The notes below the pieces were generated by a model, which saw only the letters and a program-made list of their open reading frames with translations, was not told the DNA's origin and made no database searches. A stretch of DNA of 64,000 bases from an uncultured archaeon (GTDB taxonomy: Archaea; Thermoproteota; Bathyarchaeia; Bathyarchaeales; Bathycorpusculaceae): assembly GCA_963810275.1 (NCBI GenBank), contig CAWENF010000010.1:1-64000 (forward strand). Reading direction: 5' to 3'. Positions 1 through 8,966 of the stretch are shown one piece after another. How positions within the stretch are numbered: position 1 is the first letter of the stretch; each line of letters starts with the position of its first letter. The position numbers and the translations under genes were made by a program.

Positions 1-79
1 AATTCACAAACATCTTGGAATTAAGTTATGAATTACCTCAATTCTTATTAGTCGTGTTGGATACTCAGCTTTGTTTAAG

Positions 80-199
80 ATGTTATATGATCATTTTATT
101 TGTACAATCTGTAAGAAAGATTGCCAAGACCCGAAACATTTAAGGGAGCACCGAATGAAAGAACATAAAGGGCAATCTACAAAGAAAGCATCGATATAA
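80..199 (+). CDS. Stand-alone C2H2 zinc-finger microprotein (39 aa)
   Basis: Hand translation MLYDHFICTICKKDCQDPKHLREHRMKEHKGQSTKKASI* gives C-x2-C-x12-H-x4-H; below the ORF-track cutoff. Confidence 0.6.
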   Translation: MLYDHFICTICKKDCQDPKHLREHRMKEHKGQSTKKASI

Positions 200-400
200 T
201 CAGAGTATAGTAAAACTTTAACAAGAAAATGATACACCCTTAACTTATTAACAGTAACTTAGTTATAGCTGTTCCAACAAAAGTTTTTTAATCAGTTACC
301 TGGCTGTAACAGCCTCTTGTTATGCAAAATAGCATTTACAAAATTTGTATCTAAGCAAATCACACAATTAAATAGTTAAGCAGTTAGCGATGTATACTCG

Positions 401-961
401 TCAATAATTTTCATTATCCGTAAACTTTTTTAGCAGTTCTTTTGCACGTTCAGTGTAGCAATTGATAAACGCTTCGTTTTCAAGTTTGTTGCCTTCACTG
501 AAAAAATCATCAACACCCTTACCCAAAGCTTTACCCCGCGCCGTATGTTTATCCAAAGCAAAATCTGGGATGGGCAGAAACTTTTTTTCCTTTTCTCGTT
601 CTGTGTAAACAACTTTTAAGAGGTCTTCGGTGATGCGGCTTTTCTGGCTAAAACAGAGGCATACGACTGCATTGGTGAAGTATAGGGCAGAGTTGTTTTC
701 ACCCAACTTTGATTTTTCAGCAAGGTAATTCTTCAGCAAAACGTCAACTAGCACGGGCATTTGGGGGTTTGCTGGCCCGATGTCTTCGGCGGCGATGACT
801 TTTAGGCGGTTCCAAAGCATTGTCGGATTAAACTCTTCAAGTTCCACAGCGAAGTGTACTGCTTCGTACTCCATGCCGCGTCGGATACATTTCTGAAGAG
901 CACTTAGTAGTTCATAGTGGTCGTAGCCGTGTTTAGTGTTAGCCAAGAGGTTCACGTTCAA
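401..961 (-). CDS. MgsA/RarA C-terminal-like domain protein lacking the AAA+ ATPase core
   Basis: SALQKCIRRG...LWNRLKVIAAEDIG and IPDFALDKHT motifs; no Walker A. Likely start is TTG 961 or GTG 955, because the 962-1087 extension overlaps another ORF. Confidence 0.7.
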   Translation of the reverse strand: MNVNLLANTKHGYDHYELLSALQKCIRRGMEYEAVHFAVELEEFNPTMLWNRLKVIAAEDIGPANPQMPVLVDVLLKNYLAEKSKLGENNSALYFTNAVVCLCFSQKSRITEDLLKVVYTEREKEKKFLPIPDFALDKHTARGKALGKGVDDFFSEGNKLENEAFINCYTERAKELLKKFTDNENY

Positions 962-971
962 TGAGATTTTT

Positions 972-1142
972 TTAAGTGTCGATTTTCTTTTTGGATTTAA
1001 AGTGGGGGCAGGCGGTTTCGTCTGCTTTAAGATTGGTGAAGTGCGCCACTTTGCAGGTTCCGTTATCAAAGTTTTGGCATTCGCCATGCTTGTGCTTGTA
1101 GAAGTTAAGCTTGTTTTTTATTTTATCTCCAAATGGGCTCAT
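972..1142 (-). CDS. Small Cys/His protein (56 aa)
   Basis: Hand translation MSPFGDKIKNKLNFYKHKHGECQNFDNGTCKVAHFTNLKADETACPHFKSKKKIDT*; stops 10 nt before the TTG of the MgsA-like gene. Confidence 0.55.
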   Translation of the reverse strand: MSPFGDKIKNKLNFYKHKHGECQNFDNGTCKVAHFTNLKADETACPHFKSKKKIDT

Positions 1143-1368
1143 CACTCTTCGCTTCCCGTGGAAGTTAAATACTTTATTTATTGGCTGTAATTCCTTTTAA
1201 GGATAAACCTAAGTTTTTTGGCAAAAAACGAAGGGGACTGCAGCTTATTCTATTACTTCTTTAAAGTATGCGCCTGCAAGCACCACAAAAACGAACCCGA
1301 CAAACGGGGCCACTTAGGCTTGGAGAACAAATCTGAAACCTAACTGAAAGATTTGGGAATACTGCTTT

Positions 1369-2343
1369 TTAGTGCTTCTTATGCTTTTTCTTTGTCTGAA
1401 TGATCTGGTATTTGTCAAAAAATCGTTTTATTAATGCCTCGAAAACGGGTTTTAGATCAGCTACGGACACTTCTGCATTTGCGTTTTTACCCCTGTACTG
1501 AATGCCGTAAAGAGCGTTTTCTCTTAAGGGTGGCAACTGGGCGTCGTAGATGTATCGGTTGCGCCATTCGTAGATGGTTTTTATGGTGTCTTTGAAGCAT
1601 TTGTCAAGTTTTGCCTCATCCGCAATTATTGTGCAACGGGATTTATCGTCGTAGTACCCTGGCTCTGAGAGGCATTTTTCTGGTTTTCTTGAGTCAAAAC
1701 ATATCGGCATTGCTACATCGCATGTTTTGTCTGCCTCATCCTCAGATGTTACATCGATTTGCTGCCTGTAGCGGATTGAGCGAACTAGCTCCAATTTTTC
1801 GTCTGTACTCATAACTCCCCTAAGAAAATTAGTAACCTTAACCAAACCCCCAAATTCTTTACTCCATTTCCCCTTCAAGCTATCCATAAGAGCCCCGAAA
1901 TCTCTGAAAAGCCCTTTACGGAGCACCTGCTTGTACTCGGCGTCTACGTCTTTTCGGCTTACCCAATCGTAAAAGTCCACCCAGTCCTCAACGCCGCTCG
2001 TCTCAACAGAAGCCAACTTTTCTATAACTGAGAGGAACATGATTAGCGTGTTAAACGGCGAGGGTTGTAAGAGTGTGTTGCAGTTTTGGCAGGTCTGGGT
2101 TGTTTGGGGAGGCTTGCAGTTGGGGCAGGTGTAGAGTATGGCGGCGTTGTAGTAGTTGCAGACGTTTAGGAATAGCAGGGCAGATTTGGGGTCTCTGAAG
2201 TTGTTTACATATTGGATTACGTTGTCGGTAGTTGAAAAAGCTGTAGGGAGGGCTTCTTGTGTGCGCCTTATTAGTGCGGTTAAGTGATTTTGGGTTTCTG
2301 GAGTGCATAGGTCTGGGCGGATTTGCATGGATTGTTTAGGCAA
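1369..2343 (-). CDS. Hypothetical protein with zinc ribbon and possible degenerate HEPN fold
   Basis: 324 aa; CPNC...CQNC; LSVIEKLA and YEWRNRYIY segments. Confidence 0.6.
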   Translation of the reverse strand: MPKQSMQIRPDLCTPETQNHLTALIRRTQEALPTAFSTTDNVIQYVNNFRDPKSALLFLNVCNYYNAAILYTCPNCKPPQTTQTCQNCNTLLQPSPFNTLIMFLSVIEKLASVETSGVEDWVDFYDWVSRKDVDAEYKQVLRKGLFRDFGALMDSLKGKWSKEFGGLVKVTNFLRGVMSTDEKLELVRSIRYRQQIDVTSEDEADKTCDVAMPICFDSRKPEKCLSEPGYYDDKSRCTIIADEAKLDKCFKDTIKTIYEWRNRYIYDAQLPPLRENALYGIQYRGKNANAEVSVADLKPVFEALIKRFFDKYQIIQTKKKHKKH

Positions 2344-2585
2344 ACTATAGGTTATGTATGTTTCCCAAATAAAAATATAGAACTATGTCTAGCCCAGACT
2401 TAGTAAAGTAGAAAAAATGATGTATCATATTTGCTTTCTTTCCGGTTAAAGTCATTTGAAGACTATAAAGTTTCAATATAAAAGGAAGGTGATGGACAAA
2501 ATAGTTTCAAATTAAATATTAACAGTCATATATTAACACTTAATATTTATAAGTAATTAGAATAATCTTCTTGCAGTGAAAAAAA

Positions 2586-2894
2586 ATGGTTTCTGTAACA
2601 GCATACCACATTTTAATATACGGAAGCGCCCAAGGATACCAAACAAACAGAGCACAAATAGCTCTATACAATGGAAACAAAACCGTAGCCTACGTCAGAT
2701 TCAATGACCCCGGCATGGCTTTTGAAAACGATAGCGAAACCAACGGAATAATTCGCATGCACTTGCCATCTACTATGTTCCAAAGCATAATTGACATCCT
2801 ACGAAACGAAAAACCAATAAACATTTACTTCGCACAGGGTCGCGGCTTCTTCGGTACAGGCAGCCTGGAACAAGTAGGCGAAGGAGAACAATAA
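2586..2894 (+). CDS. Hypothetical protein (102 aa)
   Basis: Clean ATG ORF, TATA-like tttataa upstream, T-run downstream; ends ILRNEKP...VGEGE. Confidence 0.7.
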   Translation: MVSVTAYHILIYGSAQGYQTNRAQIALYNGNKTVAYVRFNDPGMAFENDSETNGIIRMHLPSTMFQSIIDILRNEKPINIYFAQGRGFFGTGSLEQVGEGEQ

Positions 2895-3449
2895 ACACTT
2901 TCTTAATGAAGGCCTTCAAGCCTTTTTTTTTAAAAAAAATGGATAGATTTTCTAAAACTTCTTATACAGATCCCTCCATGAAGCAGTTTTAATCTATTTG
3001 TTTAAGTGTTGAAGTGTTTTTAAACAAAAAAATCGCAAATTTCGTTACTTTGTAAACTTGGGTTTCAAACTCAATTTTCCACTTCAGCACATCTAGGAAC
3101 GGTTTCCAAGTGCCTTAATTCCTTATCTACTCGCTTGATTGTTTCATAAACTTCTTGTTTTATCCACACTAACGTTTGGGATATTTAGTTTTCCGAGTCT
3201 TGGGGCTGATTGTTTACTTCTTGTTTGGGTTCTATGGCTTGTTTTCTTCATTATTTCAGCTCCTTTGAACCCAAGGCTTTTTAGTCGGGGACGGTGCGTT
3301 AATCGTTGGGGGATGATGTCGCCGTCCCAGTCTGATTGGGAAAGATGAAGAGTGAAAAACGGCAGACCCCAAAAAAATTTAATGCAACAGCTAAACAAAT
3401 GGGTTAAGTTTTAAAAAATTTATAAAAAAACAGATTTTTTGTTTTAAGG

Positions 3450-3581
3450 CTACTTTTTGCCTTTAGCTGCGTGTTTAGCGGGAAGTGCAACTTGTTTTCT
3501 TGCTTTGCGTTTCTGCTCTTTTTCACGTAGTATTTTCTTGTGTTGTTCTAATCCTTCTGCTTTCTTTGCTTTCTTAGACAA
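3450..3581 (-). CDS. Small Lys/Arg-rich protein (43 aa)
   Basis: TTG start; MSKKAKKAEGLEQHKKILREKEQKRKARKQVALPAKHAAKGKK*. Confidence 0.5.
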   Translation of the reverse strand: MSKKAKKAEGLEQHKKILREKEQKRKARKQVALPAKHAAKGKK

Positions 3582-3740
3582 AACATTACATCCTTGCATT
3601 GCAAAAATGAATGTGCGCACTCAAAAAGGTATCTCTAAAAAATTTCAAAATACAGATTCAACCCGTTCCACAATAAGAACAGTCTGTTCTTTGGGGAGAG
3701 TAATATCAAGGTGTAACGTCTAAATCTACAGGCGACATAC

Positions 3741-5606
3741 ATGAATCAAAACGCCAAAAAAGCACTAACATTAACGTTGATTTTGATTTTTTCACTCTGG
3801 ATAATAAACCTGCAAACAGGAATCTCTGAGCAAACCCTCATTGTTCCCAATGAATTTCCAACCATAACTGCCGCATTGGCCGTGGCACATGACGGAGACA
3901 CCATCAAAGTGTACAGCGGCGTTTATGAGGAAAACATTGTTGTGGACAAAGCCGTGCAAATCGTGGGCGAAAACCCTGCGACGACCGTTTTGATTGGCGA
4001 AGGTGGAGTGGACCGAGGCGCACGTCCCGTAGTCGCCTTAGCAGCAAACGGTGCAAGCCTTACGGGTTTGACGGTGGAGAGCCAAAACTACAGTGAAAGC
4101 GGCCTCCACGCGATGGGCGTGTATGTGCAGGCGGACAACTGCAAAATCAGCGACTGCACAATCCGCAACTGCTACCTAGGCATATTTAGCTCCGCACAAG
4201 CAGACCTCACCGTCGAGGGCAACACCGTTGAGAGTTGCCTAAAAGATGGCATGCGCTTCTATGGCGCTGTATCTTATACTATACAGGGCAACCTAATCAA
4301 AGACAACGCTGTGTCAGGCATCGCACTTCAGGGCTACTTTGACAAGGTCATCAACAACACGTTTGTAGGCAACGAACGCTCACTAGGTTTAGGCAGCTCG
4401 TACTCGGTGGTTTACGGTAATCAGATGCTTCAAAATGCCGAATCCGCCATCTTCCTTGCGGGCTCAAACAATACCATCGCCGCAAACCAAATAGAAGACA
4501 ACAAATGGGGCGTATTTGTCACCCCACAGCTTGCAGCGCCACATGACAACACGTTTTACCACAACAATTTTGTGGATAACACCTATGGGGTGTTTGTGAA
4601 TGAGTCGTCGCCAGTGGAGTTCTGGGATGGCGGCGCAGACTTGGGCGGCAATTACTGGAGTGACTACACCGCCAAATATCCACAGGCAGGACAATCAGGC
4701 GGAATCTATGATACACCCTACAAAGTTTACGAGGGCGCACAGGACAACCTACCCTTAACCGAGCCATTCAACATCAAAGCTGATTTTAACCCGCCAGCCC
4801 ACCCCCAAGCACCAGAAATCCAAAACGGCTTAGTAGCATACTGGAAATTTGACCAAATTAACGCAAACGGCATAAGCCCAGACCAAACAGGCAAAAACCC
4901 AGCCATTCTAGGATCCGAAGGACGCACCAGATCCTACCTGCCCCAAGTCGTGCCGGGCGAAGTCGGCGAAGCCTTAGCCTTTGACGGGCAACAATATGTA
5001 AATGTCCTCTTGTCGCCAAGCATGGAAATCTCAGGAGAAGTCACCGTGGACGTGTGGGTTAACGTACAGGACTACAAAGATATCCCATACAACAACATCA
5101 TCGTAGAAGCACGGAGAGGACCTGAATCTCTGCCTAACCGCACTTTTGGCGTCGCCCTAAACGGCGAACCCCCACAGAACAGTAGCAGCCCCGAAATTGG
5201 GTCAGTCCGCGGCTACGTCCTCACGAGCGAGGGCTTAAACGAAATCATAACCACCAAATCCGCCATTGAACCAAACACTTGGACACACATTATTTTCACC
5301 CGCAGCTTCGACACAGGTATGCACATCTACGTAAACGGACAAGAGCAAGAAGTCACCGTCACAAGCGGCATTCAAAACCCGCAGGGAGCAACGCTTCGGC
5401 AAACTGAAACCTACATCGGACATGACGCAATTTGCACCATTGATGAACTAAAACTAAACAACACTGTAGACTCGGCTGCCGTTCCGCTTTGGATGCAGTG
5501 GGGGATTTGGGCGGCCATCGCCTCAGGTATCATCGCAGCGGGCTTTTTGCTGTTTACATTGCGGCGCAATAAAGCCGCCAAGCCCCCAGTTTTGGGGAAT
5601 GTTTAA
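3741..5606 (+). CDS. Membrane-anchored surface protein: NosD/parallel beta-helix plus LamG-like domain
   Basis: Signal peptide, beta-helix repeats with FYHNNF/GGNYWSDY, LVAYWKFD...WTHI...IYVNG LamG motifs, C-terminal TM and basic tail. Confidence 0.85.
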   Translation: MNQNAKKALTLTLILIFSLWIINLQTGISEQTLIVPNEFPTITAALAVAHDGDTIKVYSGVYEENIVVDKAVQIVGENPATTVLIGEGGVDRGARPVVALAANGASLTGLTVESQNYSESGLHAMGVYVQADNCKISDCTIRNCYLGIFSSAQADLTVEGNTVESCLKDGMRFYGAVSYTIQGNLIKDNAVSGIALQGYFDKVINNTFVGNERSLGLGSSYSVVYGNQMLQNAESAIFLAGSNNTIAANQIEDNKWGVFVTPQLAAPHDNTFYHNNFVDNTYGVFVNESSPVEFWDGGADLGGNYWSDYTAKYPQAGQSGGIYDTPYKVYEGAQDNLPLTEPFNIKADFNPPAHPQAPEIQNGLVAYWKFDQINANGISPDQTGKNPAILGSEGRTRSYLPQVVPGEVGEALAFDGQQYVNVLLSPSMEISGEVTVDVWVNVQDYKDIPYNNIIVEARRGPESLPNRTFGVALNGEPPQNSSSPEIGSVRGYVLTSEGLNEIITTKSAIEPNTWTHIIFTRSFDTGMHIYVNGQEQEVTVTSGIQNPQGATLRQTETYIGHDAICTIDELKLNNTVDSAAVPLWMQWGIWAAIASGIIAAGFLLFTLRRNKAAKPPVLGNV

Positions 5607-5637
5607 CTGGTTCAGCGGCTGCCTTTCAGTGATAAAA

Positions 5638-5790
5638 ATGTCTGCAGACCTTCGGTGCCCTAAATGCGGTTCAGTCAGCGTGGAACGAGTGCGCAATCAG
5701 GAAGTTAAGTGCCTAAAGTGTGGATTTGTTTTTTATTTTGTTACGCCTGATACTGGTTCAGGCATGGATTTTGGTCGCTACGAGTTGTAG
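5638..5790 (+). CDS. CPxCG zinc-ribbon microprotein
   Basis: MSADLRCPKCGS...KCLKCG. Confidence 0.6.
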   Translation: MSADLRCPKCGSVSVERVRNQEVKCLKCGFVFYFVTPDTGSGMDFGRYEL

Positions 5791-5810
5791 GTTGGTTAAC
5801 CGACAAGTTT

Positions 5811-5845
5811 ATATGAAATATTATTCATATGAATAATTATTCATA
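5811..5845. promoter_or_regulatory. Tandem overlapping ArsR/SmtB-type operator palindromes
   Basis: ATATGAA-N6-TTCATAT overlapping TATGAA-N6-TTCATA immediately upstream of the ArsR gene. Confidence 0.7.
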
Positions 5846-5862
5846 CAATATGGGCGAATAAC

Positions 5863-6189
5863 ATGAAAAAAAACCTTACCCAAATCTGCCATCGCTTCTT
5901 CACAAACCTCGCCAACCCCACCCGCCTCGCCGCAATCGAACAACTCCTAAACCAACCCATGAGCACAACCGAACTCGCAGCCAAACTCAATCAAGAACAA
6001 AGCATGATATCTCATAACCTAAAACCCCTCGTCGAATGCAACATTATAACCCCACACAAAGAAGGCAAAAAACACATCTACACCGTCAACGCAGAGACCA
6101 TCACCCCAATCTTCGCAGCCATAGAGAACCACGCCCAAAAATTCTGCCCCACAGGCGGAAAATGTCTAAAAGAGATGGATAAAACGTGA
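5863..6189 (+). CDS. ArsR/SmtB family transcriptional regulator
   Basis: LANPTRL...QSMISHNLKPL wHTH; C-terminal H/C residues. Confidence 0.9.
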   Translation: MKKNLTQICHRFFTNLANPTRLAAIEQLLNQPMSTTELAAKLNQEQSMISHNLKPLVECNIITPHKEGKKHIYTVNAETITPIFAAIENHAQKFCPTGGKCLKEMDKT

Positions 6190-6830
6190 AGAGAAAAATC
6201 GTAAACATAGACGAATCTAAATGTAACGGATGCGGGCAATGCATCCCAAACTGCGTCGAAGGCGCACTCCAAATCATCGATGGAAAAGCCAAGCTCGTCA
6301 AGGACACGTACTGCGACGGTTTGGGCGCCTGCCTTGGGCATTGTCCACAAGACGCAATTACCGTTACCGAGCGGGAAGCTGACGCGTTTAGCCAGGAAGA
6401 AGTTCACGAATACCTAAAAAGCCAGGTAAAAAACAAACCATCAACAGTAGCGGATGCCGCTACACCACAAAAAACTCAGTGGCCAGTAAAACTAGACCTG
6501 GTACCGCCTAAAGCGCCGTTCTTCGAAAACGCCACCCTTCTGCTAACAGCTGACTGCGCCCCAGTAGTTATCAAAGACTTTCAGGAGTGGATGACAAACA
6601 GGCGGGTTATAATTGGCTGCCCCAAATTCAATGACGCCCGCGCCTACGCAGCTAAACTCACCGAGATATTGCGTCTAAACAACATTGCAGAAGTAGACGT
6701 GTTGCACATGGAAGTGCCTTGCTGCTCTGGGCTCAAATGGGCAATTAACAAGGCGCTGGAGGGTTCCGGCAAACAAGTGCCAGTTAAAGAGTATGAAGTC
6801 AAAGTTGGAGGTGAAATCGTTGAGCTCTAA
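6186..6830 (+). CDS. 4Fe-4S dicluster ferredoxin-domain protein
   Basis: CNGCGQCIPNC, CDGLGACLGHCP, QWPVKL, ADC, GCPK and MEVPCC motifs. Confidence 0.85.
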   Translation: MKRKIVNIDESKCNGCGQCIPNCVEGALQIIDGKAKLVKDTYCDGLGACLGHCPQDAITVTEREADAFSQEEVHEYLKSQVKNKPSTVADAATPQKTQWPVKLDLVPPKAPFFENATLLLTADCAPVVIKDFQEWMTNRRVIIGCPKFNDARAYAAKLTEILRLNNIAEVDVLHMEVPCCSGLKWAINKALEGSGKQVPVKEYEVKVGGEIVEL

Positions 6831-7071
6831 AGACAAAATCGAAAAAAACCCCGAGACATGCCCTGGACTACGTGATTTACTGCAGCCTAAACCCGCATAC
6901 ATAAACTGTCACGTGTGTGGCGGGGAGTTGGAAATCTGGAGCGACGAAGACAAAACCACATGCCCCAGTTGCGGCGCAGAATGGAAACGCCCCGACGAAA
7001 ACGCTGTATGTTTGCAGTACTGCCAGTTTGCGGATAAATGCAGAGGAATCATAGAATCTAGAAAACACTAA
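6820..7071 (+). CDS. Small Cys-rich zinc-ribbon protein
   Basis: GGAGGTG SD before TTG 6820; CPG, CHVCG, CPSCG and CLQYC..ADKC motifs. Confidence 0.7.
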   Translation: MSSKDKIEKNPETCPGLRDLLQPKPAYINCHVCGGELEIWSDEDKTTCPSCGAEWKRPDENAVCLQYCQFADKCRGIIESRKH

Positions 7072-7159
7072 ATCTTCACTTTATTTGTTTTTATTATATA
7101 TTTGTAATTCATCTTAGATATCCGTAAACCTCAAAAGGCATCGCGACTAAGTCTATTTT

Positions 7160-7310
7160 AGCTTCCGTTTAGTGTCGTTTGGAATGCACGCATAAAGCCC
7201 CTTACAGGTACCCTATCCGTAGTCTCTATGTGAACTCGGGAGGCCCAACTTTGACTCTAAGTGGGTGGCGTGGACAAACGCCAACGGAAGCTCATATCCT
7301 TCACATATGT
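7160..7310. other. Orphan structured non-coding element (long terminal inverted repeat)
   Basis: AGCTTCCGTT(tagtgt)CGTTTG pairs with CAAACG(cc)AACGGAAGCT about 110 nt away; GC-richer than its flanks; between convergent genes. Confidence 0.5.
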
Positions 7311-7360
7311 ATTCTCTTCGTGGACCCTTCACCCCATAAAGGACCAAATAAGTTGGCACG

Positions 7361-8170
7361 TTAAGCGAGTTTTTTGTATGTCAGAGTCACCAAGAAAAAC
7401 ATTACAAGTACAAAAACAATCATGCCTGCCGGGACAAGGTTAAATGTAGCTGAAAACACCACACCTAACACTGTACTTACTATGCTGAAACCAACTGAAG
7501 TAAACAAGGTTTTTCTAAACGAAAGATTGAGCTTCAAAGCGCAAAGCCCTGGAATCACCAGAAGTGCCACAACTAAAATGGTGCCGATAACCTTAATTGA
7601 CAACACAATAGTCACAGCAACAAGCAAATCGAAAACCACAGATAACTTCTTGGTGGGAATTCCCATTATTCGGGAATCGTCCTCGTCAAACACCATCGAA
7701 AGAAGTTCCCGTCTAAAAAACGTAATAAACAATATAACTGCGGCTCCAAGAAGCGACACCAACGTCAAATCCATTAAGTCAATGGTTAAGATGGAGCCAA
7801 ACAGGTAACTAAATAGCTCAACATTAAATCCACCCGCTAAGCTGATGACGATTAATCCTGTTGAGAAACCTAAGGCTAGCATGATGGCTATGCCTGAGTC
7901 TGATGGTGCAATCTTCTTTCGACGCATATACGAAATACCCAAAACTGCGAGTATAGACACCGCCAACGCCGTTAATAACGGGTTTATGCCCGCGAGCAAT
8001 CCGATTGCTATGCCTCCAAACGCAGTGTGTGAGAGACCGTCGCCAATCATAGCTTCCTTTTTTAGCACCAAGAACAGCCCCACTAATCCGCATGCTACGG
8101 CAGCTATCACACCACCAATGAGGGCGTACTGAAAAAATTGGTAATTAAACAGCTCAATTAGGTTACTCAT
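7361..8170 (-). CDS. znuB: Zn/Mn ABC transporter permease
   Basis: GDGLSHTAFGG motif, multi-TM, operon with ATPase and SBP; ATG 8170 overlaps the end of znuC. Confidence 0.9.
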   Translation of the reverse strand: MSNLIELFNYQFFQYALIGGVIAAVACGLVGLFLVLKKEAMIGDGLSHTAFGGIAIGLLAGINPLLTALAVSILAVLGISYMRRKKIAPSDSGIAIMLALGFSTGLIVISLAGGFNVELFSYLFGSILTIDLMDLTLVSLLGAAVILFITFFRRELLSMVFDEDDSRIMGIPTKKLSVVFDLLVAVTIVLSIKVIGTILVVALLVIPGLCALKLNLSFRKTLFTSVGFSIVSTVLGVVFSATFNLVPAGMIVFVLVMFFLVTLTYKKLA

Positions 8171-8966
8171 TGTGAAATGCTCCGCTGCAGGTGTGTTTGT
8201 GAAAGACGAAGTGAAAGTGCTCACCGTAAGCCCGCTTAAGCAGCGTGTTGTGATCTAATTCGTCTGTTATATTTGCAACCTCTACTTTTTTGTTAACACA
8301 AAGCACCTTAGACATTCGGCAGAAAACAGACGCTAAGTCGTGTGTGACGATCAGAATTGTGGTTTGACGTTCACTGTTGAGGTCGCTTAATTTCTTGTAA
8401 AACCGCTCCTGTGCATCAGAGTCAACGCCTACTATGGGTTCGTCAAGAAAAATAAGCTCCGGCTTTCGGGCTAAGGCTTTAGCAACAAATACCCGTTGCT
8501 TCTGCCCGCCGGACAACTGCCCAATTCGCCGCTCCGATATATCGGTTAAGCCCATGAATTTTATACTCTCATCCACCGCTGCCCAGTCGTCGCGGTGAAA
8601 CATTCTACCAATGTTACCTTTGCGTATGCATCCAAGCGAAACTAGCTCCCGTACAGTTAAGGGAAACTGACTCTCAAAGTTGGTTGCCTGCTGCGAAATG
8701 TATGCGATTTTCTCCCAAGAATTAAACTTGCCTATGTCAACGCCAAATAACCGTATTTTTCCGCTGGTTAAGGGCAGAAAATTTAGTATAGCACTAAGCA
8801 GCGTGGTTTTTCCGCCGCCGTTGGGTCCAACTATACCAACATAGTCACCTCTCTCGATTGAGAAGGAGGCGTTTTGAACTGCTACTTCACTGCTACGGAT
8901 TACGGTAGCATCATTGACTTCTATAATAGGCGAGTTGGCGGACATTAGTAATTCCTTGTCCGTCAT
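8163..8966 (-). CDS. znuC: Zn/Mn ABC transporter ATP-binding protein
   Basis: GPNGGGKT, LSGGQ, LDEP; His-rich C-terminus. Confidence 0.9.
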   Translation of the reverse strand: MTDKELLMSANSPIIEVNDATVIRSSEVAVQNASFSIERGDYVGIVGPNGGGKTTLLSAILNFLPLTSGKIRLFGVDIGKFNSWEKIAYISQQATNFESQFPLTVRELVSLGCIRKGNIGRMFHRDDWAAVDESIKFMGLTDISERRIGQLSGGQKQRVFVAKALARKPELIFLDEPIVGVDSDAQERFYKKLSDLNSERQTTILIVTHDLASVFCRMSKVLCVNKKVEVANITDELDHNTLLKRAYGEHFHFVFHKHTCSGAFHNE

